NCBI GenBank assembly: GCA_951406725.2
Contig: OX597815.1
Coordinates: 84,072,001-84,136,000 of the forward strand
Length of the DNA stretch: 64,000 nucleotides
Direction: 5' to 3'
Source: Octopus vulgaris
Taxonomy: Eukaryota
The translations under genes and the position numbers were made by a program. Positions 44,525 through 57,677 of this stretch are shown in pieces. How positions within the stretch are numbered: position 1 is the first letter of the stretch; every line of letters begins with the position of its first letter. The notes beneath the pieces are model-generated. The model was not told the DNA's origin. It did not search any database and saw only the letters and a program-made list of their open reading frames with translations.

Positions 44525-44810
44525 TCATATACACACATCAGATTAGACTGTTAGAAAAGAAGACATCGTAATATCATACAAGTAATCATAGACACCAAGA
44601 ACTCACCTAAGTTTCTTAACTGTTCCTAATAACACTGTTTCTGGAGTAGTACTGAACTGGGTTTTATGCCTATTTCCTCTATCCATCTGTTCAGATATTT
44701 AGGGATAGTTCCCAATGCACCTACACCTACTGGGATACATTTTACCCGCACTTTCCATAGTATCTGTAATCTAATGGCTCGGTCCTGGTACGTTGCTATT
44801 TTTTCTGTAA
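44525..44810 (-). mobile_element. R4/Dong-type LINE family D, 3' tip
   Basis: EKIATYQD...LWKVRVKCIPVGVGALGTIPK...LQK is the C-terminal endonuclease segment. Confidence 0.8.
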
Positions 44811-46251
44811 TGACTGAATCAATTAAACGATAAAAGACTTGTTGCAAATTAATTATTTTACTCTGCATTTCTTTTTCTGTCTACTACGATCAAATGGGTT
44901 TAAATAATATAAACTGTCTATATGGACAATTTCCGTAAAATGTGTAACGCTCACACAACTTCTACACCTCTGACTCATGTCCACACCACTTTTCTGATAC
45001 TTTAAATCCATCCAAATGCTTTCTTTTACCGACAATACCTGTACACACTGTGTAATCTTAAGTTCATGGTTCCTAGAACGAATGACAAGAGGCTAACCGA
45101 ACTGCTGAAAAAATTAAAAAGGAAACAAAGATTGTGTTGCATGAGGAAACAAATGCAACTAGTGGCCCGTCTCCTAAGAAGGTAGTTGGTGAAACCGACA
45201 CCGACAGTTTCTCGACTCATAAAAGACTTACCAAGGGACATAAAAGACTGTTATGATTTGAACCGACGATGCGAGATTAGAATTCAAAGAATTCTTGTCG
45301 TACTCGAAATATGATAAAGAATTCATGGAGCAGAATTTAATTTGCCACCAATTTGCTTCCGGTTGCTTCCCTTTCGTAAGTCGAAGCATTTTTTTTTTCA
45401 TTTTTCTATGATTTATTACGTTTCATCTTCAATGCTCTTTATCGCCCTTGTGTTGTTATTGTCTGTTATTTATTTATATTTTTGTGATATTATTTATGTA
45501 GAAAACGAAACAAGAAACTACTTGATCAATCAAGAGCAAAGAAATTTGGTTAAATAATTAAATACATAAATGATATAAAATTTCGAAGAATAATGATTCA
45601 ACTGTTTCGCCATCACTATCAGTAGATTGAAGGTTGCACTGATGGTAACTAATTTATAACGTGACATCAGTTATATTTAAAAAGGAAAAAGAAAATGGAT
45701 GTGAAACTTTACAAAAAATTAAAAGGAAAGAAAAATCTTTTACAGTAACAAATTCTGATCATACAGGCAGTGAAGATTACCTTTTGCTTATTAGATGCTT
45801 ACAAGACTTAGTTACACCTGCAATCATGATGGTACAATTTACAAAGTGCTGCATTGTAATAAGAAGCTGTATAAACTGGTTATTTATTACGCTGCGCGTA
45901 ACATATAATTATAGAGTGAATGGGAGAGCGATATTTGCAACATAGGCTTTCGAAAACCCAAGATTTGCAATTACTGATTAAATTTCGGTTGACTTATTTG
46001 CATGTACGTGATTTCTGTGATCTGTAGAAACACTTCCTTATTAAACAGAGAAATGAAGAGAAATGGAATTCGTGAAATATTTGTCACAGTGTCGTAAGGA
46101 GCTGGTTCGAATAACTATTAAACCACTAATCTTACAGTCTGCAATTTGTCATCCATCTATGTATCTCTGAGTTTATCTCTAAGTATCAATTTATCTAAAT
46201 TTATCTATATGTTTATACATACATACATACATACATACATACATACATACA

Positions 46252-46285
<34 letters not shown>

Positions 46286-46357
46286 CATACATACATACAT
46301 GCATGCATACATAAATACACAAACATACATACATAAATTCATACATACATACATATA

Positions 46358-46525
46358 GTTCAAGTTTACAGAAAACAAAAGATGAAGACAGGTGAAGGAA
46401 ACCTAAGCAGGTGTATTAGTTTAACGCTCCGGAAGAATGGAAATGTCTTTGACGTTTGGAACTTACGAACTTGTACAGAAAGGATTGAGAGTTTAAGAAA
46501 TGGAGATAGAGCGAAAAAATGCATG

Positions 46526-46528
<3 letters not shown>
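46358..46528 (-). mobile_element. Decayed copy of the 37897-38070 pLTR family
   Basis: Shares tgtattagtttaacgctc...gtctttgacgttt...cagaaag. Hammerhead core is decayed but stem I and GUC are retained. Confidence 0.6.
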
Positions 46529-46566
<38 letters not shown>

Positions 46567-46569
46567 AAC

Positions 46570-47125
46570 TGTAACTGAAGTACAAGGGACCAACGGGCAA
46601 TGTAATCCCAGAGTTAGAGTCGGTGCGCGACTTGGGGATCCACATGAGTAACGAAGCAAATTTCCATGTGCACATTGGTCAAACGGCAACACTATGCAGG
46701 CAGGTAGCAGGTTTGATCCTGAGATCCTTCAGGACCAGGAACAGAGAAACCAGGCTACTGCTTTGGAGAACCTTTGTCCTCAGTGGTCTGTGGTTACCAC
46801 AGAACGTAAGACTAATTTCGGAACTAGAGGTGACCCAGCGCCAATACACAAAGAAGATAGACTCAGTAAAACTCATGGACTACTGGGAGAGGTTAAAGGA
46901 ACTGGGACTCTACTCCCTGGAGAGGAGACGTGAGAGATATGCAGTGCTATATATATGGAAAATAATGGAGGATCTAGCTCAAAACTTCGGAATCGAAAGC
47001 TACAACAGTCCCCGAACTGGACTGCACTCCAGCTGGTTGTTTGATGCAATCTGCAGCCGATACATATTGCAAGCAGGGGAGTGAACCCCTACTATCTTCT
47101 AGCCTTGAGGCCGTTCGGTTTCGTA
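46570..47125 (+). mobile_element. CR1-type LINE 3' fragment
   Basis: ORF 46623..47084: RDLGIHMS...ILRSFRTRN...LEVTQRQYTKKI...YWERLKELGLYSLERRRERY. Confidence 0.88.
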
Positions 47126-47132
47126 TGTGTAT

Positions 47133-47202
<70 letters not shown>

Positions 47203-47499
47203 GCACACACAAACACATATATATATACATATAATACATATATGTCTGTGTGTGTGTGTGTATGATGGACTCTCCCGTCGGTTTCGACGTATGAGGCTGC
47301 AAGAACGTGCTCTTTCTTTGTCATTCCTAATGCTTATGTTGAATGACATCTAAGTCCAGCCAATGATTTGCTTTCCGAGTTTTCGATTTATGAATGTTCT
47401 CTGGGAAGAAATTAACTCGAATATCAAGGCATTACTGTATATGTATATATACAAACACATGCAGATATACCTATATATACATTATATATATATATGTGT

Positions 47500-47875
47500 G
47501 GAGGCGCAATGGCCCAGTGGTTAGGGCAGCGGACTCGCGGTCATAGGATCGCGGTTTCGATTCCCAGACCGGGCGTTGTGAGTGTTTATTGAGCGAAAAC
47601 ACCTAAAAGTTCCACGAGGCTCCGGCAGGGGAGGGTGGTGATCCCTGCTGTACTCTTTCACCACAACTTTCTCTCACTCTTACTTTCTGTTGTACCTGTA
47701 TTTCAAAGGGCCGGCCTTGTCACTCTCTGTGTCACGCTGAATATCCCCGAGAACTACGTTAAGGGTACACGTGTCTGTGGAGTACTCAGCCACTTACACG
47801 TTAATTTCACGAGCAAGCTGTTCCGTTGATTCGGATCAGCCGGAACCCTCGTCGTCGTAACCGACGGAGTGCTTC

Positions 47876-47876
<1 letters not shown>
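47500..47876 (+). mobile_element. tRNA-derived SINE (family S4), full length
   Basis: Head has A box TGGCCCAGTGG and B box GGTTTCGATTCCC, followed by a ~300-bp body. Inserted in dinucleotide repeats. Confidence 0.85.
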
Positions 47877-47935
<59 letters not shown>

Positions 47936-47940
<5 letters not shown>

Positions 47941-48150
47941 TAATCCAAACATGAAAACACAAAGAGGAAAAACAACAACGCGAGGACGTGGAACAAGTAT
48001 AGTGTTATTGGACGCTAAGGAAAGGAAAGAAAGAAGGAGGATTCAACGTTTCGAGCGGAGATCTTCGTCAGAAACATAGGAAAAGGAAAGTTCCAATGAA
48101 GGGAAGACGGACGGAGAAAAATCGCCAACGATACACACGCGGTCACATTT
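47936..48150 (-). mobile_element. Penelope-like pLTR fragment with minimal hammerhead (48040-48075)
   Basis: Minus strand GTTT CTGACGA A GATC-tcc-GCTC GAAA CG TT GAAT. (TA)n on both flanks. Confidence 0.65.
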
Positions 48151-48761
48151 ATATATATAATCCTTATATATATATATATACACGGTTTGAGAGACACGTA
48201 ACACGGCTTCATCGTCATGCATGCAATTACAGGCACATAAGTAAATTCATCTGGATTTAAAAGTAATGAAAACATCTGTCAGCATGTTATCTAATTCTTC
48301 ATTCATAATTTATGTGAAATTCATAGAAAAATATTCTTGACCGGTTTGAATGTTAATTCGTATTGTGTTAAATTGTATTAATGAAGTAATTCAATATTTC
48401 GTTCAAATATGAATCGTGTGAATTTGCTGCAGTTTTTTCTCTTAAAAAGCTGCATTATTTCATGTTTTATTCTTCATGAAGTAAACAATATTTTAGGCTA
48501 GATGTTTATTGAAACGATAGCAAAACATCATTTACCACAACGACGACAGCGTTATCAAATTCATAGGATTGTTAGAAATGTTAATAATTTGAATATAATT
48601 TTTTTTTTTTAAATAGAGAATAGTGTGCAAAATATTTCTGAAACTTTCCTCATTTTACGTTTGACAGTAATATTTCTTGGTACTGAGTCATCGTGGTTAA
48701 ATTTGTATAACAAGCGTACTTCAACTAGAAATAACCATATTAATCAGTGATTTGACAGTTA

Positions 48762-48777
48762 TATAATAATAATAATG

Positions 48778-48820
<43 letters not shown>

Positions 48821-48828
48821 TAATAATA

Positions 48829-48919
<91 letters not shown>

Positions 48920-49067
48920 TAATAAGATACTGCTGTGACTACACATAAAACAATATCATTGATGATGATGATGGTGGTGATGGTGACGGTGATGATGATA
49001 ATGATGATGGTAATGGTGGTGATAATGATGATAGTGATGGTAATGGTGATGATAATAACAATAATAA
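48762..49067. repeat. (TAA)n/(TGA)n microsatellite, opposite orientation to most arrays in the window
   Basis: Direct reading of the sequence. Confidence 0.9.
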
Positions 49068-49618
49068 GCCGACTACGGCTGCTATAATGGTACGATTATA
49101 ATTGTAACGGCAATGATGGCCGTCTCCCCACGAGCCAATCAAAGCTAAAAAATGATAACATTATCGTAGCACCAAAATGTTTTTGGAAACTAAAAGGAAA
49201 ACTAAATCAGTATACCAAATCGCTTGTCCTATGGTTAATCTGGAAGCGCGTCCCCCAGGGAAGAGCCAGCCTGGGATCGAAAAGTCATCAGCTGGCACAA
49301 ACTCTTCTCCGAATACGGACATGGATGGTCACTTGAACGGGAAATCCCCCAACTCGAGCCCTCCAAGTTAACCACCACAACCACCACAGAAAGAAAAATG
49401 TAAGCGGAACAAATGGACCCGAGAAGAGTATAAAGAAGTAATATACGCTTATTACTATGCATTAGGTAGGCCATCTCAAGAGAGACACACCGCAAACTCT
49501 TACAGTACTGAGTTTGGTTTAATGGCCTACCAATATATACTATGAGCTTCTTTGCCCTAGGAGTCGGGAAGACACTCGGCAAGAAATGGAAGCAAATTTG
49601 AAAGAAGAAAAAAAAAAA
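49068..49618 (+). mobile_element. Internally deleted R4/Dong family-E element (5' ORF start fused to 3' UTR)
   Basis: 49330-49503 matches the reverse complement of 53790-53943 (RNKWTREEYKEVIYAYYYAL, Myb-like N-terminus). 49506-49610 matches the 3' UTR of the 54373 and 57678 copies. (TAA)n tail follows. The 5' boundary is uncertain (49068-49120). Confidence 0.85.
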
Positions 49619-49706
49619 GTAATAATAATAATAATAATACATATTATCGATGGTTTGCACAGTGCATCGAGATTTTTCCTTTTCACTAACATTTTTAGAA
49701 AATTAC

Positions 49707-49763
<57 letters not shown>

Positions 49764-49843
49764 CATTATTATTATTATTATTGTTGTTGTTGTTGTTGTT
49801 GTTATAGTTATTATTATTATTATTATCATTATTATTATTATTA

Positions 49844-49917
<74 letters not shown>

Positions 49918-49932
49918 ATTATTTTCATTATC

Positions 49933-52900
49933 ATCTTTCAGTTTTGTTTCCATTTCTTGCTGAGTGTCTTCCTGACACCTAAGGCAAAGAAACGCATTGC
50001 ATACACTGGTAGGCCATTAAAATAGACACACCAGATTAATCATTTAGAAAGTCATGTGAATGAGAAAAAGGGGAACAAAGACTGAGATATAAAGGAAAAA
50101 AATAAATAAGGCGCAGGAGTGGCTGTGTGGTAAGTAGCTTGCTTACCAACCACATGGTTCCGGGTTCAGTCCCACTGCGTGGCACCTTGTGAAAGTGTCT
50201 TCTGCTATAGCTCCAGGCCGACCAAAGCCTTGTGAGTGGATTTGGTAGACGGAAACTGAAAGAAGCCCGTCGTATATCTGTATATATATATATATGCGTG
50301 TGTGTGTTTGTGTGTCTGTGTTTGTCCCCCTAGCATTGCTTGACAACCGATGCTGGTGTGTTTATGTCCCCGTTACTTAGCGGTTCGGCAAAAGAGACCG
50401 ATAGAATAAGTACTGGGCTTACAAAAGAATAAGTCCCGAGTTGCTCGACTAAAGGCGGTGCTCCAGGATGGCCGCAGTCAAATGACTGAAACAAATAAAA
50501 GAGTAAAAGAGTAAGTAAACAGAAAATAAAGGGATAAAATGAAAGAAGATTCATAGCGACAATGCCCTTTTCAGTACGTGTGAAGTACCAGTTAAGACAA
50601 TCTTTTGCACTTCCAGCATGGATGGTAAGCCAGGGATCATTCTTAAATAATTTTCAGTTCCTTTCTGTATCATTCCTAGGGCTCCTACAATCATTGGCAT
50701 TGTAACCATCATGAGATGCCTTATCTTTTCGATTTCGATTACCAAATCTTTGTTTTCTGAGCTTATCAAATTCTTTTGCCGAGATATTATGGTCACAAGA
50801 TATGCTTACGTCAATCAATAAACAGATTATCTTGTTTTGGTCTTTTACAACACTATCTGGTTTACTTGCTTTGATGGCCCGCTCTGTACATAGTCCCAAA
50901 AATCATTACATTTTCTCCCTCAGGATGGTGCTTGTACCATTTGTCAGCAGTTTTGATTTTATAATGCCGACACATTACAAAATGTAGATATTGGTCAACT
51001 CTGTCATGTCTTGATTTGTATTCTACAGGTGCTAAAAACTTAGACCCAGAGTTTAGGTGGTCCACTGTTTCAATCTCATCGTTGCAGTATCTGCACTTTG
51101 GGTCCACACCATTTTTCATTCCACTGGCTTGATAGTTCCGGATCAATAAGCTCTGATCTTCAGCAACCAAGATAAAGCCTTCTCTCTCTGCCTTTAGCCC
51201 TGACCTCCGTAATCTCTGATGGGTGTCCTCTACTTGTTTGCTATCGGCCGCATATTTGCCATGCAGAGATTTTTGTTTCTGCCTATCGGCCAATTGTTGG
51301 TGTTCGTTTCGCTTTGCTATATATTTCACCGTCTTTGCACCTATAGTTGCTGCCCTTCCCTCATGCTGTTCAACCTGGGTATTATGCATGAACTCACTTG
51401 AAAGTTTTTTGCTCTCTTCATAACAGAATGAAGCTTTTTCTATCTTTCATGGTTTTCAACGAGTTTTAGCATCCAGTCGTTGGATACTTTGCCAGTCCAA
51501 TTGTGGTGGTTTTGTCAAAGATTTCAAATTGGATCAAGCGTCGACCACCTTGAGTTCTTTGTAGGTAAAGACGATCTGCGTCTGCGTTTGGGTGGTGCAT
51601 CGTGTTGCAAGTCAGTAGCTTATGGATTTTCCTGTAAATTTTCCTAATTTCGCTCATATTCCAGTTCAACACATTGAACTGTAATTAACAACCGGAACTC
51701 TTAAGGAAATTGTAGCTAGCATCTTGTTAAGTGCACTTAACTCGGATTTTAGGACAGCTCAAACTCTCCCGTAACATTAGCTTCCAGATCTTCTCTTTCA
51801 TGTTTGCATGTTGAATGCTAGAGCCCTCTTTTATTCCGAGGTATTTCTAAGTTTATTCCTGCACGAGTTCTTTTATGACCGTGTCAACATCCACCACCAC
51901 TGAGGTTTTCAATTACCCTTTCTGGTAAGTGGCCTTGGCACATTTATCAAGACCAAATTCCATCCCGATGTCATCAATTAATGCTTTCACAGTACGTAGT
52001 AGTTCTTCAAGCTCTTTATCGTCTTTGCCATAGAGTTTTAAGCCATCTGTATAAAATAGATGACATATTTTCTTGTGGGCAATTTTATATTCATACACTG
52101 TTCTCTTAAATGCACTTGTAAGGTGTATTAGGGCTATGCAAAAATTTAAAGGTGAAAGTGAATCACCTTGGAAAATGCCGCAGTTGATATGAATATTTTT
52201 GTGGTCAGTACTCCATTAGAATGATATAATTGGAGATTTGTAATCGACACTGAAATGTTGTGCTTCAGGAAGTTTGAAATCACAGGAGAAATGTTGAAGC
52301 TATCTAGTGATTTCAAGATCTATGAATGCAGTATGCTGTCAAAGGCCATTTTGTAATGGATCCATGCGGAACTGTGTTACCTGCGTTTGTTATGACAGTT
52401 CTCAAGGAACATGCGATTAATTAAGTGTTGGTCTTTTCATCGTCCCTTTTTGTTCAGTGAGGAATATATCGTTCTGTTCCATAAATTTGTTTGGTTTTTG
52501 CACGAGGTTGGATGTTAAAATTTTATACGTGATAGATAGACGTTGTGGGCAGATAGTTCGGGGGAAATTTGGTTTCATTACTCCTCGGGAGTGAGTAAGC
52601 AATACTTCTTGCTATCCAGTCAGGTGTTTTCATAAGATCTCTCGTGATTTCATTGAATAACTGAACTAACTTCTCGTGTGCGCACGAGAGCGGTACGATC
52701 CAGAAATTTGGCACCCTATCATAACCAGGGGATTTTCGCTTATGGACCTTCGTGAGTGTCATTCTTAGGTCTGGTACTGTGAGGTCTGCCCATGCTTGTT
52801 CTGGCAAATTTTGGTAGGTTCCTTCTCTGCGTCTAATTCAGTTTGCATTTTCATTGTTTTCTTTATTCCAAACATCTTTCCAAATGTTTTCAACTTCTTT

Positions 52901-54266
52901 CATAGGAGCAGGGTCATCAACGGTTATTTTCTCCTCTTTATTTTTCTGTAGAATGTTTTCGCATTGGATGTGAACAGCTTATTTTACTTGCAAAACTCGT
53001 TTCACTTCTCAAATTTTCGTATTATTTGAGATTTTTCTTGGACTTTTAGTTGTAGTGTTTCTTTTGCTGAAAGCAGTTCTTCTCTTAGTGAGAATCTGTT
53101 TTCTCTTCATTTTTCTTCCTCTTCTGGGTTTTTACATCGTTTCCACAGATTAGTTCTTTCAATATTGATATTTAATCTCTAATTATCTAAATCTCTTTCT
53201 CGCTTTTACTTTTCCAGTTTAGAATTCTTCTCAGATTTGTATTTCTTTCTGGTTCCGATTGTCTTTGCAGCTGCGTAAATAATTTCATATAATTCAGTGA
53301 GATCTGGTTTTAGTTCTGGTATAATTTCATTTGTTACATAGTTTCTAATTTTAATCAATTTTCTATTTTGGATTGTATTTGAGAGTTTATGAAATGCTTC
53401 TCTATCCTGCATATTGGCGTGTCTTTTAACTGAAAGCTTTTTGGGGTTTTTTTACTTCATTTCTATCATAGTCGCTCTATGTTTTTCAGTAATATTGCTT
53501 CTTTACCACTTCCCTTCCTATCTTTATTAGGTTCATTACCATTTATATCTTCCGACATTTGCGTGTTCTGGTCAGATAAAAGTCTTCCAACCGAGACTCG
53601 TAGACAGTTGTTCTCTCCGTCTGGTTCTTTATTTCCTTTCTGTCTTGTATTTAGGTTATTTCCTGCTGCGTGCTTGATCGCAGTTGTTTCATCTGTTAGT
53701 CTTTTATTTCTGAAGACATCCCTCCTAACATTTGCTCACTTGTTTTCGTCTAAATATGGTCTGCTATTTTGATTTTGTTTTCTCCATATTTGATAAGAGA
53801 GAGCGGTGTGTTTCTCTTCAGATGGCCTGCCCAATACACAGTAATGGTAGTATATTATTTCTATATACTCTTCTCAGATATATTTGATCCTCTTACATTT
53901 TTACATTGGAGGGCTCGAGTCGGGGCAGTTCCCGTTCAAGTGGAAAATTGTGGATATTAGGGTTCTTAAAATTTCTAAATATGATCGTTTGTATGTCAAG
54001 CTAAAGAAAACTATAGTGTTTTTGCAAATGAAAAGGATGTTTACATATTCGAATACTCGCCTTCGTCCAGAAAAAACTGCATATATGTAAGTTTTTGAAG
54101 TTATTTTGAAGGAAATTTAAAACACACACAGAGTATTGAAGATATTCCAGTTTTTGAGAGTTATTTTTTCAATTGTTCTGCATTAGCGTTTTTCTGTCTT
54201 CGGTTGCTGGCTGGCTGCTCAGAACAGCAAAGAACACGTCCAGCCGTTCTCCAAGGTTAGCGCCCT
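49933..54266 (-). mobile_element. Near-full-length older R4/Dong family-E-related element, pseudogenised, 3' UTR interrupted by a SINE
   Basis: Collinear ORF pieces at 53206, 52523 (KSPGYDRVPNFW), 52417, 51913 (HLFYTDGLKLY), 51466, 50862 (CRYC..ETVDHL), 50654 (KPD..LID) and 50551. 3' UTR at 49933-50100 resembles family E. Whether 53945-54266 is its 5' UTR is less certain. Confidence 0.9.
50110..50515 (+). mobile_element. tRNA-type SINE family S2, full length
   Basis: ggcgcaggagtggctgtgtggtaag (A box), gggttcagtccc (B box), internal (TA)/(TG) tract, tail aaagagtaaaagag. Confidence 0.9.
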
Positions 54267-54287
54267 TTTCTTCTTCTTCTTCTTCTT

Positions 54288-54372
<85 letters not shown>

Positions 54373-54373
<1 letters not shown>

Positions 54374-56654
54374 TTTTTTTTTTCTTCTTTCAAATTTTCT
54401 TCCATTTCTTGCCGAGGGTCTTCCCGACTCCTAGGGCAAAGAAACTCATAGTGTATATTGGTAGGCCATTAAAGCAAACTCAGTAGTTCGTTCATTTTTT
54501 TTTTTTTTTTTTAAAGTTAAATTAAAATACATGAGCAGCAACAGTTCTCACATCGACAATGCTCTTCTCAATACGTGTGATGTACCAGTTAAGACAATCT
54601 TTTGCACTTCTTGCAGGGATGGTAAGCCAGGGATCATTCTCATATCATTTTCGGTTCCCTTCTTGATCATTCCTAGTGCTCCTACGATCACTGGTATTGT
54701 AACCGCCTTGAGATGCCACATTTTCTCAATTTCAATGAGTAGGTCTTTATATTTTCTGAGCTTGTCAAACTCTTTCGCTGAGATATTATGATCACAGGGG
54801 ATGCTCATGTCGATCAATAAGCAAACTTTATTGTTTTGGTCTTTCACAACAATATCTGGTTTATTGGCCTTGATGGTTCGGTCTGTATGTACTGGAAAGT
54901 CCCACAGAATCGTTACATTTTCTCCTTCAGTTACAGCCTCAGGGTGGTGATTATACCACTTGTCGGCAGTTTTGATATTGTAATGCCGACTTATTAGCCA
55001 GTGGAGATATTGGCCAACTCTGTCATGTCTTAATTTATACTCCACTGGTGCTAAGACTTTACATCCAGAGATTAGGTGGTCCACTGTTTCAATCATGTCG
55101 TTGCAGAATCGGCATTTTGGGTCTGCTCCATTTTTCATCACATTGGCCTGGTAGTTCCGGGTTAATAGGCTTTGGTCTTGAGCAGCCAGGATGAAACCTT
55201 CGCTCTCTGCTTTAGCCCTGAGCTCCGCAGCCACTGATGGGTTTGCTTCTGGTCAACATCAGCTTGTTTGCTGCGGGTCACATATTTGCCGTGCAGAGGT
55301 TTCTCCTCCCACCTATCAGCCAATTGCTCGTGCGCTTTTTTCATTGCCATCATTTTCACCTTCTTTGCAACAATAGTTGCCGTACTTCCCTCGGGTTGTT
55401 CAGTTTGGGTATCCTGCACGAGATCAATAGCAAATTTTTTGCTTTCCTTGATGATAGAATGAAGCTTCTTTCGTCTCTCGTGATTTTCCACGAGCTTTAG
55501 CATCCAGTCATTCGATATTTCGAGATATTTGGCCAGTCCAATTGTGGTTGTTTTGTAAGCTAGTTCAAATTGGATCAGGCCTCGACCTCCTTCGGCTCTG
55601 GGAAGGTAAAGGCGATCTACGTCTGCCTTTGGGTGGTGCATCCTATTACAACTCAGCAGCTTGCGTATTTTCCTATCTATATTCTTTACTTCACTCATAT
55701 TCCAGTTCAACACATTGTAGCTATAAGTAACAACTGGAACTGCTAAGGAATTTATAGCTAACACCTTGTTACGTGCATTTAGTTCAGATTTCAGGACTGC
55801 ACGAACTCTCCTATAACATTCCTTCCTGATTTTCTCTTTCATGCTTGCATGCTGAATACCAGAACCTTCATTTATCCCTAAATATTTGTATGTCTGTTCT
55901 TGCTCAAGCTCTCTTATGACTGTGTCAACATCTAACACGACTGAATTTGTGGTCTTCACTTTCCCTTTCTGGAAAGTGGCCTTGGCACACTTCTCAAGTC
56001 CAAACTCCATCCCGATGTCATCGCTGAATGCTTTCACGGTGCGCAATAGGCCTTCAAGTTCATTATTGTCTTTACCATAAAGTTTTAAGTCATCCATATA
56101 AAATAGATGGCTTATTTTTTTATTGGCAATTTTATACCCATACCCTGTTCTGTTTAATTCACTTGTAAGGGGTATTAGGGCTATGCAGAATATTAAAGGT
56201 GAAAGTGAGTCACCTTGAAAAATTCCACAGTTGATGTTTATATTTTCTGAGGCAAGTACTCCATTAGAGTGGTATAATTGGAGATTCGTATTCCACAACG
56301 ACATATTGTGCTTCAGGAAGTTTGAAATCACAGGGGAAATTTTAAAGATGTCCAGCGATCTCAAGATCCATGGATGCGGTATACTGTCGAAGGCCTTTTT
56401 ATAGTCAATCCATGCGGTGCTGAGATTTCTGCGCTTGTTGTGACAGTTCTCAAGGATCATACGATTGATTAGCAGTTGATCTTTGCATCCGTAAGAGCCT
56501 CGGCGGCACCCTTTTTGTTCAATGGGGAAAATATCGTTCTTCTCCATGAATGCATATGTTTTCTCCGCCAGGATAGATGTTAGGATTTTATACGTGGTGG
56601 ATAGACAGGTTATAGGCCGATAGTTTTTTGGAAGGTTGTTTTCGTTATTCTTCG
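54373..56654 (-). mobile_element. Young R4/Dong family-E LINE, 5'-truncated; complete RT plus CCHC plus RLE endonuclease, one frameshift
   Basis: NYRPITCL, EQKG, WIDYKKAFDS, GIFQGDSLSP, YMDD, CRFC..ETVDHLISGC, RHD, KPD(x12)D, KLRKY. 1-bp deletion near 55211 relative to the 58499 copy. Confidence 0.96.
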
Positions 56655-56672
56655 TTATTATTATTATTATTA

Positions 56673-56721
<49 letters not shown>

Positions 56722-56741
56722 CATTATTATTATTATTTTTA

Positions 56742-56788
<47 letters not shown>

Positions 56789-56822
56789 TTTATTTTTATT
56801 ATTATTATTATTATTATCATCA

Positions 56823-56883
<61 letters not shown>

Positions 56884-56891
56884 CATTGTCA

Positions 56892-56940
<49 letters not shown>

Positions 56941-56942
56941 CA

Positions 56943-56996
<54 letters not shown>

Positions 56997-57025
56997 TTAT
57001 TATTATTATCATTATTATCATTACC
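56655..57025. repeat. (TTA)n microsatellite, about 370 bp
   Basis: Direct reading. It produces the artefactual poly-Ile N-terminus of ORF 55162..57027. Confidence 0.95.
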
Positions 57026-57031
57026 ATTATT

Positions 57032-57640
57032 TAAGATGTCGCAAAGTATCCAATATCGTGATGCTATTTATTGAATATATTTGTCTACCGGGGGTTTGTA
57101 CTGTCTGACAAATCACAACAAGGAACACAGACAGACAGTACTTTACGCAATATGCGTGCTGTTCCAAGCAATGCCGACCTTTGCATTACACCTAAATTGT
57201 AAGGTATTTCTAAAGTTTCAAGATGTTTCTTCGATTTTGTAGTATTAAACCGAATACTTCGATGACAATAGTGTCAACCTTTATATTTAACTCTCGTAGC
57301 TGCCACATCTTGGCGATCTCAATTCTCAGGTCTCCATATTTATCGATCTTTTCTCTTTCTTTCATAATAATATGTTAATCTCTTGGCACTGCCACATCGA
57401 TTATTAGACACTCTTGTTGTCCCTCCTAAAGGTTTCTATGTCTAGCTATCGGTGCTCAAACACCTTGTCTGTATGGAAGTCAAAGTCCTAGAGAATTTTT
57501 ACCTTCCTCTTTTCGTCTATTCTCTTTTCTGGTGTATGTTGGTACGAAGCACCAGTAGAGGTTCTGCGCTACATGTCGTTTCTGCGCTTGCACTCATTCT
57601 GCGCAAGACTGTCACAAGCACTAACAATATGAGTCACGCT
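57032..57640 (-). mobile_element. R4/Dong-type LINE family F, 3' fragment
   Basis: Minus strand ...CLIIDVAVPRD...EKIDKYGDLRIEIAKMW...MQRSALLGTARILRKVLSV. TTA flanks. Confidence 0.85.
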
Positions 57641-57677
57641 TTATTATTATTATTATTATTATAATTATTATTATTAT

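Noticed and set aside
47500-47575. tRNA gene candidate
   Set aside because: It has A and B boxes but no proper acceptor or anticodon stems, and it continues into a SINE body.
49110-49155. HDV-like L3 motif (tccccacg...ctaa) upstream of the deleted Dong ORF
   Set aside because: P1, P2 and P3 helices could not be assembled.
56655-57027. Poly-Ile N-terminus of the 621-aa RT ORF
   Set aside because: It is the flanking (TTA)n array read in frame with a 5'-truncated element, not a real domain.
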